Origin: an uncultured archaeon
GTDB lineage: Archaea; Iainarchaeota; Iainarchaeia; Iainarchaeales; CSSED10-239
Length of the DNA: 32,000 nucleotides
Direction of reading: 5' to 3'
NCBI GenBank assembly: GCA_964586355.1
Contig: CAZPGO010000019.1
Coordinates: 5,345 to 37,344, forward strand
Positions 17,272 to 25,127 of the stretch are shown here, piece after piece; position 1 is the first letter of the stretch, and the number at the start of each line of letters is the position of its first letter. The translations under genes were made by a program, and so were the position numbers. A model generated the notes under the pieces. That model was given only the letters and a program-made list of their open reading frames with translations, had not been told where the DNA came from and searched no databases.

Positions 17272-18033
17272 TTGAAACCTAAATCATCTCCTATAGTTTT
17301 TAGAAAATCTAAGGTACATGCTTTATCTTATACTAGGCCAGCTAGACAAAAAATAAGAGAACATCCAGAAATACTAAGAGAATTCTTAAAAATGGTTGCA
17401 ACTCAACAAATTTCTGAGATTAAAACAGAAAAATTTTATATAAAAAGACTTCCTATTAAAGAGAATAGATCTGATGCAGGATATCATACTAATCTTTATT
17501 CTTTAGATTTTTTTGTAAATGGTAAAGCAGAGAAATATTTTATAAAAGAGCTAGATATTAATGATTTTTTTAGATTGCAAAAAAATAAAAATTTAAGATA
17601 TGATTTAGATATTAAAGCAAAAATAAAAGAAATGGGTGTTAGAGGATTTGGGGGATCAGACGGGTTTTCTGAATCATTAGCTTTAAAAATAATTTCTGAA
17701 TCTGGAGTAGTTGGTAGAAGGTTAGAGGTTGTTGATTCTGTGTTTTCTTATGTTGACGCAATAAATAAAAAGAGTTTTATTTGTTATAAATATATGGATC
17801 TTAAAACAGTTAATGAATTGATCTTAGAAAATAAGATCTCATTCACAAAAAAAGAATCTATTGAAAGGTTTTTGGCAAAAGTAGCAGCAAGAGTTGAGAG
17901 TTATTTGGAAAAAAACTATGCTAAATATGGTTTTAAAAAAGCACCACAGATTCTTGATATTTCACCTCACAATGTTTTTTATGATCCTGTTAAAGATAAG
18001 CTTTATCTTTTTGATGCTTTGTTATTGTCTTAA
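17272..18033 (+). CDS. Hypothetical protein, possibly a minimal protein-kinase-like fold
   Basis: The C-terminal ILDISPHNVFYDPVKDKLYLFDA resembles a kinase catalytic loop (D-x-x-x-x-N) plus a metal-binding D, and KYFIKEL could carry the ATP-binding Lys. The protein ends 5 aa after the DFG-like position. TTG start with GGTG upstream. Confidence 0.35.
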   Translation: MKPKSSPIVFRKSKVHALSYTRPARQKIREHPEILREFLKMVATQQISEIKTEKFYIKRLPIKENRSDAGYHTNLYSLDFFVNGKAEKYFIKELDINDFFRLQKNKNLRYDLDIKAKIKEMGVRGFGGSDGFSESLALKIISESGVVGRRLEVVDSVFSYVDAINKKSFICYKYMDLKTVNELILENKISFTKKESIERFLAKVAARVESYLEKNYAKYGFKKAPQILDISPHNVFYDPVKDKLYLFDALLLS

Positions 18034-18057
18034 ATACTGTTTAAAAAGGAATATATT

Positions 18058-18744
18058 ATGCCAAGAAATATAAAACAAAAACTAAAACCAATTACAAAGA
18101 GGATAGTTACCGGCATAGCTATAGGCGGGGTTACTTTAGGTAGCGGTATTGGTTATAAAAAAATTACAGATAAAAAAGCTTTTTTAAATGCTGAGAAGAA
18201 AGCAAATGAACAAAAAACCTATAATCCTTTTTATGATAAGTTTTTATCACTAAAAGTTGAAGAATTTAATAGATCTGCAAAGCCTAATGAGATATTTTAT
18301 TCTACTGGAAGAGAAATTTCTGTTTTAAGATTACCAAAAGGATTAACTAGGCCAAAGCTAGATCAGATCTATAATCTTTTGGCAGAAAAATCTAAAAAAG
18401 CTATATCTAAGATAATTGATCAAAAGGTAGAGGCTGTTAATAGGGAATTAAAAACAAATGCTGTTTTAAGAAAAAAAATTCTTTCCAGAGTAGGTGTTTT
18501 AGATTATAGAGTTTATCTTTTGTCTTTGCCTTTAGAAAAAGTAGAGCTAATTTTTAGAAAAGAGCTTAATTCTAATTTTTCTAAGGAAATAAGAAATATT
18601 TCTCCAGAAGTCTTAGATTCTTTAAAAAAAGATCTTAACAAAAGTCTTGAAGGCTCCATAGTTACAAGCTCTTTAGTTTTGTTTTTAACATCAGCAATTG
18701 CTGCACAATTATTTGGCAAAAAAAAAGAACTAGATTTTAGGTAG
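18058..18744 (+). CDS. Membrane protein with one N-terminal and one C-terminal TM segment, unknown function
   Basis: Hydrophobic segments IVTGIAIGGVTLGSGIG and IVTSSLVLFLTSAIAAQLF. 228 aa. Same orientation as upstream genes, 24 nt gap. Confidence 0.5.
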   Translation: MPRNIKQKLKPITKRIVTGIAIGGVTLGSGIGYKKITDKKAFLNAEKKANEQKTYNPFYDKFLSLKVEEFNRSAKPNEIFYSTGREISVLRLPKGLTRPKLDQIYNLLAEKSKKAISKIIDQKVEAVNRELKTNAVLRKKILSRVGVLDYRVYLLSLPLEKVELIFRKELNSNFSKEIRNISPEVLDSLKKDLNKSLEGSIVTSSLVLFLTSAIAAQLFGKKKELDFR

Positions 18745-18831
18745 TTTTTTTAATTAAATGTAAGCTTTTTAAAGTTATATTTCTTCTATATTATTATAAT
18801 TAGATTTGTCTATTTATAAAAGAGAAAAAAT

Positions 18832-19092
18832 ATGAAAAAAACAAAAAAAGAAATTGAAGAAAAAATACAAAAAATAAAACCATTTTTTGAACAACTAACT
18901 TTTTTTTTTATAGGTTTAATTTGGTTTATTGTTGTGGATTCTTTAGTTGTCCTAAATACCATATTTAGATACACAGTATTAGTTTTATTTACTGGGTGGG
19001 CTTTTAGTTTATTATTACAAGAAGCATATATCTATAATTTATTTAGACCAATTATACTAAATAAGAAATGGGACAAATTAGTTAAAAAATAG
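18832..19092 (+). CDS. Small membrane protein (two predicted TM helices)
   Basis: 86 aa. Hydrophobic stretches LTFFFIGLIWFIVVDSLVVL and VLVLFTGWAFSLLL. Confidence 0.45.
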   Translation: MKKTKKEIEEKIQKIKPFFEQLTFFFIGLIWFIVVDSLVVLNTIFRYTVLVLFTGWAFSLLLQEAYIYNLFRPIILNKKWDKLVKK

Positions 19093-19106
19093 TTATGTGA
19101 TTATTT

Positions 19107-19610
19107 GTGATTAAAAGAGCAGTTTCTCCAATAATTAGTGTGATTTTACTTATTTTGGTTGCTGTTATTTTAATAACAATGTTTTTGTTATGGGCAAAGG
19201 TAGAAATAAAAGAAGATCTTCAAAGCTCTAGTGATGCTTTAAGTCCTGCTAGTGATATTGATTGTCTAAATTATAGCTTATCAGTAGACTCTTGTTTGAT
19301 TTACTCTTCTTCAAAAAAAGTTGAGGTTCTTTTAACAAATGCAACATCAATAAGATATTTTGATATCATGTTAACAATAGAAGCAGAGAACCTATCAGAA
19401 GCAAAAGAAAAATGGGTTGGTGTTTTTTCAAATGCATTATTTCCAGGACATAGCAAATTATATAATACTGATACAAATTTCTTATTTACAAAAAAAGAGA
19501 ATTTTACAAATCTAAATTTTAATGAGATCTCTAATATTATTTTAACTAATGGGGCTTGTAAAAGAGAGATCATTAATCTAATTAATATGTGTGAGATTAT
19601 TAATGAATAA
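19107..19610 (+). CDS. Archaeal type IV pilin-like protein (class III signal peptide, DUF1628-type N-terminus)
   Basis: MIKR/AVSPIISVILLILVAVILITMFL matches the archaeal prepilin pattern (K/R, then A, then VSPVIGVIL...). GTG start. The C-terminal domain has 4 Cys and is paralogous to the next gene. Confidence 0.6.
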   Translation: MIKRAVSPIISVILLILVAVILITMFLLWAKVEIKEDLQSSSDALSPASDIDCLNYSLSVDSCLIYSSSKKVEVLLTNATSIRYFDIMLTIEAENLSEAKEKWVGVFSNALFPGHSKLYNTDTNFLFTKKENFTNLNFNEISNIILTNGACKREIINLINMCEIINE

Positions 19611-20100
19611 AAAAGCTTTATCACCAATAATAAGTGTTATTTTAATAATTTTAGTTGCTGTTATATTAATTACTATGTTTTTAACATGGTCAAAGGAATA
19701 TTATAATAATCAGTTAACCAACACTACTGAGCAGCTAAAACGAGCATCAAGTATTGAGTGTGCTAATTCTAAATTAAAAGTTTCTTCTTGTTCTTTTGAT
19801 TCTTTTACTAAGGAGCTTTCTTTATTTTTAATAAATGATTCACAAATAAGATATTTTGATTTTACTTTAACTATAGAAGGAGTTGATCAAACATCTCAAG
19901 AACCAGTTAGACTTTATGGTGTTTTTAATCATATATTGGAGCCAGGAGCTTCTATCAATCTTTTAACAGATAGCAACTTTTTGGTTTTAGATTCTTCTGG
20001 TAATTATGAAAATTTAGATCTAAATAGTGTTTCTCTAATTAACCTAAGTAACGGTGCTTGCAAAAACCAGAACTTTGTTTTAGTGTGTTCTGTTGACTAA
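19603..20100 (+). CDS. Archaeal type IV pilin-like protein, paralog of 19107-19610
   Basis: MNKK/ALSPIISVILIILVAVILITMFL. It shares IRYFD..LTIE and NGACK motifs and the Cys pattern with the upstream gene. ATG 19603 overlaps the upstream stop (AATGAATAA), which suggests translational coupling. Confidence 0.65.
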   Translation: MNKKALSPIISVILIILVAVILITMFLTWSKEYYNNQLTNTTEQLKRASSIECANSKLKVSSCSFDSFTKELSLFLINDSQIRYFDFTLTIEGVDQTSQEPVRLYGVFNHILEPGASINLLTDSNFLVLDSSGNYENLDLNSVSLINLSNGACKNQNFVLVCSVD

Positions 20101-21045
20101 TTATTTTGAAATGTTTGAAATATCATCAATAATAAAACCACTAGCCTTAGGGTGTCCATTACCACCATATTTTTTAGCAATTATTGAACAGTCTACACTT
20201 TTAGATCTTAGGCTTATCTTATCAAAGTATTCTGGTTTTTCTTTGTTTAGGTAATATCTATACCAAATAATAACTAGTTCTATATCTTTATAATCTTCAG
20301 AATTAAAAATATGTTCAGAGATATATCCAGGTTTTATTTGTGAATTTACTATAAATGTCTTAATTCCTTCAAAATGTGTTTTTTTACCACTAGATATATC
20401 GTCAAAAACTTTTATTTTTAAATATTTATTTATTATTTTTCCAAAATCAATAAATTTTTCTGAATTTTTTTTAAAGTAATTATTATCAAAGAAACTTAAG
20501 AATTCTTCTATTATATCAAACGACTTTTCTTTATTTTTTTTTAATGACATGTATAAAAGATCTAAATATTGTAATATCTCTTTAGAATCTGGTAATTGCC
20601 ATTTCCAGATATCCATATCTTCTACATATTGTGAAAATAAAGGGGGTTCTTTGTTAAAATATTTCCAAACAAGAACAGCTGCAGAGTTGTTATGATCTCT
20701 TAATCCACTAATTTCTTGATCTGTGTATTCTTTTATAACATTTTTGTGATGATCTATCCAAATCATATTTTTATTATATATTTCTAAGAATTTTAACATT
20801 GTTTTTTTATCAAAACAGTAATCTAGTATTATAACATTTGTAAAAAAAGAAAGATCTATACTCTGTATTTTTAAGTTAGTAAAGATATTTTCAACACCAT
20901 AGCTTACTTCATAAAAATAATATTCTTTTCTTAGGGTCTTATAGTCAGGCCTCTTTAAATGATTTTGCATATAATCATTATAAGCATATCCTAAAGCAGA
21001 AATAAGCCCATCTAAATCATTGTGGTAAAAAATAATTGTGTTCAT
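20101..21045 (-). CDS. DHH/DHHA1-family phosphoesterase (NrnA-like nanoRNase / pAp phosphatase type)
   Basis: Motif I FYHNDLDGLISA, DHH motif IWIDHHKN, DHHA1 motif GGNGHPKASGF. 314 aa. Its stop abuts the pilin stop (convergent, 0 nt gap). Confidence 0.85.
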   Translation of the reverse strand: MNTIIFYHNDLDGLISALGYAYNDYMQNHLKRPDYKTLRKEYYFYEVSYGVENIFTNLKIQSIDLSFFTNVIILDYCFDKKTMLKFLEIYNKNMIWIDHHKNVIKEYTDQEISGLRDHNNSAAVLVWKYFNKEPPLFSQYVEDMDIWKWQLPDSKEILQYLDLLYMSLKKNKEKSFDIIEEFLSFFDNNYFKKNSEKFIDFGKIINKYLKIKVFDDISSGKKTHFEGIKTFIVNSQIKPGYISEHIFNSEDYKDIELVIIWYRYYLNKEKPEYFDKISLRSKSVDCSIIAKKYGGNGHPKASGFIIDDISNISK

Positions 21046-21311
21046 TTTTTGTTCGTGCTCCTACAAATATATTTATTTTTAGTTGTTTTTATATATGTTT
21101 GTTTTTTATTTTAGAGTTGTTTTTGCACAATATCTTGGACAAGCCAACTTTTTTTAAAACAAAAAATAGGCATTTAAAAATAGATCCCCGTTTTTAACAA
21201 AAATTACTGATCTAAAAGATCTTACAATATATTTATATTTGTTTTTTAGAATAAGTAGTATAATAATGTTAAAAAATTAACTATGCTTATTTATCTTTGG
21301 AGATCTTATTT

Positions 21312-24300
21312 ATGAAAAAATTATTTTTGTTGTTTTTTTTAATACTTAACCTATCTATGGTATTTAGTCTGACTCCTAATTTCTTTAATAAAGTTAACTA
21401 TTATGATCAAATTATTGATGTTGGTGTTTTAGATAATAACCTTTCAGGAGATTTCTTAAAAATAACACTCTCAGATCAATATGAAACTTATTTTGAAGAG
21501 GCTTTTTCTATTAAAAATAGTAAAAAAATAGATGTTGTTTTTGATAGCTCTGTTTCTTCTTATCTTGTTGCAAACTATGAGGTTTTGGATTCTAATTATT
21601 CTATATTAGAGACCTATTCTTTTCCTTTATTTTTAGAGAGTATAGATCTTGGCAGAATTTTTTTGTGTGATATAAAAGAATGCCATTATTCTGATTCCAA
21701 AAAATATTTTGATAATAGTTCTAAAATCTACCTTAATGTTGATAATAATTTAGATGTTAATTATTCTCTTGATCTTTTTTTAAAAGAAGGAAAAAATTAT
21801 AAACTTTTATTTTCTGAAAGCACACATGTATTTCCTTATTTCTTAGCTATTGATGATTCTGGTTCTTATAAGCTGGTTTTAAGTTATTATTTTGAAGATC
21901 TAATTTTTACTAAAAAAACTTTTTTTGAGATTGGGTCTCTAGAGCCAATTTCTTCTGATAGTTTTTCTGAGAGTAATATTGTATATTCTGATTTTGTGGA
22001 TAGTAATTTAACAGAACCTGTTATAAATAAAAATACTTCTAATGATTCAAATACATTATCAGAGAAAAATTATTTTTTTCAAAATTCAAAAAATATTTTA
22101 GCTTTGCTCTTTATATCTATTATTTTAATTTTGATTTTAATAATTTTATTTACAAGTAAAAATAAAAGATCAAGACATAGAAAAATAGCTTCTTTTTTTG
22201 TAGTTTTTTTTATTTTTTTTAATCTAGGATCTGTTTTTGCAGAATCTGAAAACGTTGTGACTTTGGAAGGTAGTACAAAACTTAATGAGATATTTACTTA
22301 TTATAGAACCCTAAATGCAGCATCTAAAGACATAGTTTTTTCTTTTGAAATTAATGAAAGTCTAGAAGCTAATGACACTTTACTAGATAATTACCAGATT
22401 ATACCTTCTGATGTAGACGACATTTTTAGAGAACCGATATTAGATTTAGAATATTCTAATAGATTTTTAGATTTTGCTGAAATTTATTCTTTGGAAAACA
22501 GATTAGAAACTGTTTATTTTTTTAATATTAATAAAAGTAATTCTACAGAGTATATAAATAATTCTTGTTTTGAAAATATTAGTAATTATTATAAAAGCAT
22601 AGATTTTTTTGGTCAAACAAATATAATAAACGAACAAGAAACTATAAGACAGCTTTTTTTGCCAAGAACTAAACCATATATTGAATCAGAGCTAGAAAAG
22701 TTTGGAGATTCTGATTTTATTAATGATTGTTTTAATTTTTTATTAACTGAAAAAATACTTGTTCCCTATGATATTTTATTATATACAAAAGTGGAGCTAA
22801 AAAACATACCAAAAAATTTTGAGCTTTATATGTCTATTGAAACAATTAATTTTGAACCTCCTTTTTTAACAACAAAAAAACCATTGGATATATTAGTTTC
22901 TTTTAAAAGAACCCCAATAGTTATAGAATCTAGTTATTCTATGCCCTATAACTGCGATAAAGAAAATCTTAGTTATTGTTATATTAATAATTCTGACTTT
23001 GATTCAATTAAATATCTATCAGATACTGGTAGTATAGCAAGTCCAGAGTTTTATAAAAGAATGGATGATTATGCAAGTTATCTTAATAATTTTGATTTAG
23101 TAAAAGATCTATATAGAAAAGAGGTTGATGGAGTTAACATTAAAGATCTGCTCTCCTTTGCAGCAATTAATAGAGAAAATCTTTGTTTTTCTAATGAAAA
23201 AAGAGAATATAATGAATTAATTTTTGATGTAGCAAAGGCCTACAATTTTACAGACGAGCAAGCTTTACAGTTTTGGGCTTTGATTGCTGAGAGATCTAAC
23301 TGTGATATTAATTATGATGATGTTGATAATGATTTGCTTGGTCTTGCACAAATAGATTTAGAGGCATATTATAATCAGTATATTGATCTACATGCTTCTA
23401 TGCATCCATTTTTAAAAGAAGAAGAGTATCTTCAGTATTTAGTTTTAGGAGACTTTAAAGAAATAAATGAAAAAAATATAGCAAAATTTGATGCTGATAA
23501 AGTTATTAGATTTGGTGGGCTTTCTAGTAAAATAAGTAATATGTACTGGTATTATGAATTTCTTATAAAAGCAATAAAAAATAGTAAAGATAAATACGGG
23601 TCTTTAGTTTTGTTTGCAGGAACAGATTATTTAAAAGAAATGACTACTCTTGTTAATTTTTGTGAGAAGTATTATACAGATAACTATCTTGAAAATATCT
23701 ATTATGATTATGAATCTTTTGTGACAGATAATTTAAAAAAAAACTTAAGAAGCATTTTTGTTCTAAGTAGTTTACTGGATAAAAAAGAGTTCTCTTTTAC
23801 TGAAGAGATATGTAAGTATACTGGGGAGCCTGAGTCTATAGTTATGGAATATCCAATAATATATACAAATCTAACTGGCAATTATTGTATAGATAATGGA
23901 TTTGTGCCATCTGTTAATTATCCTAGATACAAAAAAATAGACGGTGTTACTTATCATGGAACTGGTGCTTTACTATATAAATGTGAGGATAATAAGATAT
24001 ATAGCTGTATTCCAGGAACAGAGATCATACAAGAAGTAAGTGGATCTGCAGTAAATATACTTAAAGAAGAGCTTTGTTCTAGAGAGCTAATTCTAAAAGA
24101 AAAAAGAGTTAAGATTTCTAAAGAGTTTAAGGTTTTAATAAATTATCTTGCAATAAAGCACAAATATTTGACTAATAGAGAATATTTTGTTTCTAATGGT
24201 TTTTTAGAAGACTCTTCTAATGACTCAAAGAAATTTCTTGAAAATAAAACAAATTATTTTAAATTGAAATATGATTATTTTGATATTAAAAAAGAGAATT

Positions 24301-25112
24301 TTTTAGAGATCACTGCTGAAAAAAATATTTCTTTGTTAAAAAGAATTGATCCAAATTATTATTTTGCAGAGATTTTACAAAATAGAAGAAGTTTAGCCTA
24401 TGCAAGGTCTGGTAACTGTGCTCAGTTTGTTAGAGAAATTGGAACAAATCTTTTTACTTCAGAGCTTTATCCAAGAGCAGGAGTTTCTGCTGCTTGGTTA
24501 TATGATACTACTCCAACAGTAAAAGAGAGATATAATTTAATTTGGGAATCTCCAATTGTTTGTTATAGTAAACCAGGAAACAGAAAATTACCAAGAAGTC
24601 GTTGTGTTGAGACCCCAGAAGTACAAAGTCCTACTTTAGATTTAGATCTGTTGCCTGATGGTGCGATCTTAGGTCTTTATGTTTGTAAACAAAGTCATGG
24701 GTCTTTAAGAAATCTAGAGTATACACATGTTGGGACCTATATTGGCAAAGATCAACTAGGTCATCATTTGTTTATACATATGGGTAATTCTAGATCTATA
24801 GAGATAATAAGTGAATATACCTCTCACATATGTAGTTCTGGGTATAATAGGCAAATAATGAGAGTCTATGTCCCAAAATCCACAGGAATAACTAGTATGG
24901 ATCAATTAAGGGAATTAAAAGAAAAAGATTTATTACAACCAGTTACCTGGATTAAAGATATTAACGAAGTTATAAATAGATCAAATGGACTAGAATATCC
25001 TGAATTTGGTATTCAAGATGAAGAAGAAATGGATTCTTCTGAATATGAATCAGATGATTCAGAAAGCGAAGATGCAGATCTTGAAGAAAATGCAGAGCAA
25101 GAATCTGAATAA
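21312..25112 (+). CDS. Large (1266 aa from ATG 21312) secreted, membrane-tethered protein with an SLT-like lytic-transglycosylase motif, an NlpC/P60- or CHAP-like cysteine-peptidase motif and an acidic C-terminal tail
   Basis: N-terminal signal peptide MKKLFLLFFLILNLSMVFS. TM hairpin at nt ~22094-22243. FWALIAERSNC...DLLGLAQIDLEAY (nt ~23270-23360) resembles the SLT E-S...GLMQ motif. SGNCAQFVREIG...LPDGAILGLYV...YTHVGTYIGKDQLGHHLFIHMGN (nt ~24410-24790) resembles NlpC/P60 or CHAP Cys...His blocks. The tail is DEEEMDSSEYESDDSESEDADLEENAEQESE. The CDS call is solid. Domain calls are about 0.45. Confidence 0.75.
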   Translation: MKKLFLLFFLILNLSMVFSLTPNFFNKVNYYDQIIDVGVLDNNLSGDFLKITLSDQYETYFEEAFSIKNSKKIDVVFDSSVSSYLVANYEVLDSNYSILETYSFPLFLESIDLGRIFLCDIKECHYSDSKKYFDNSSKIYLNVDNNLDVNYSLDLFLKEGKNYKLLFSESTHVFPYFLAIDDSGSYKLVLSYYFEDLIFTKKTFFEIGSLEPISSDSFSESNIVYSDFVDSNLTEPVINKNTSNDSNTLSEKNYFFQNSKNILALLFISIILILILIILFTSKNKRSRHRKIASFFVVFFIFFNLGSVFAESENVVTLEGSTKLNEIFTYYRTLNAASKDIVFSFEINESLEANDTLLDNYQIIPSDVDDIFREPILDLEYSNRFLDFAEIYSLENRLETVYFFNINKSNSTEYINNSCFENISNYYKSIDFFGQTNIINEQETIRQLFLPRTKPYIESELEKFGDSDFINDCFNFLLTEKILVPYDILLYTKVELKNIPKNFELYMSIETINFEPPFLTTKKPLDILVSFKRTPIVIESSYSMPYNCDKENLSYCYINNSDFDSIKYLSDTGSIASPEFYKRMDDYASYLNNFDLVKDLYRKEVDGVNIKDLLSFAAINRENLCFSNEKREYNELIFDVAKAYNFTDEQALQFWALIAERSNCDINYDDVDNDLLGLAQIDLEAYYNQYIDLHASMHPFLKEEEYLQYLVLGDFKEINEKNIAKFDADKVIRFGGLSSKISNMYWYYEFLIKAIKNSKDKYGSLVLFAGTDYLKEMTTLVNFCEKYYTDNYLENIYYDYESFVTDNLKKNLRSIFVLSSLLDKKEFSFTEEICKYTGEPESIVMEYPIIYTNLTGNYCIDNGFVPSVNYPRYKKIDGVTYHGTGALLYKCEDNKIYSCIPGTEIIQEVSGSAVNILKEELCSRELILKEKRVKISKEFKVLINYLAIKHKYLTNREYFVSNGFLEDSSNDSKKFLENKTNYFKLKYDYFDIKKENFLEITAEKNISLLKRIDPNYYFAEILQNRRSLAYARSGNCAQFVREIGTNLFTSELYPRAGVSAAWLYDTTPTVKERYNLIWESPIVCYSKPGNRKLPRSRCVETPEVQSPTLDLDLLPDGAILGLYVCKQSHGSLRNLEYTHVGTYIGKDQLGHHLFIHMGNSRSIEIISEYTSHICSSGYNRQIMRVYVPKSTGITSMDQLRELKEKDLLQPVTWIKDINEVINRSNGLEYPEFGIQDEEEMDSSEYESDDSESEDADLEENAEQESE

Positions 25113-25127
25113 AAAAAGAAAAAAAAA

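Noticed and set aside
6177-19627. Other embedded antisense ORFs (6177-6386, 8135-8323, 14700-15023, 15207-15506, 16359-16631, 18513-18719, 19301-19627, all minus strand)
   Set aside because: Each lies wholly within, and antisense to, a better-supported plus-strand gene. None has recognisable motifs or SD sequences.
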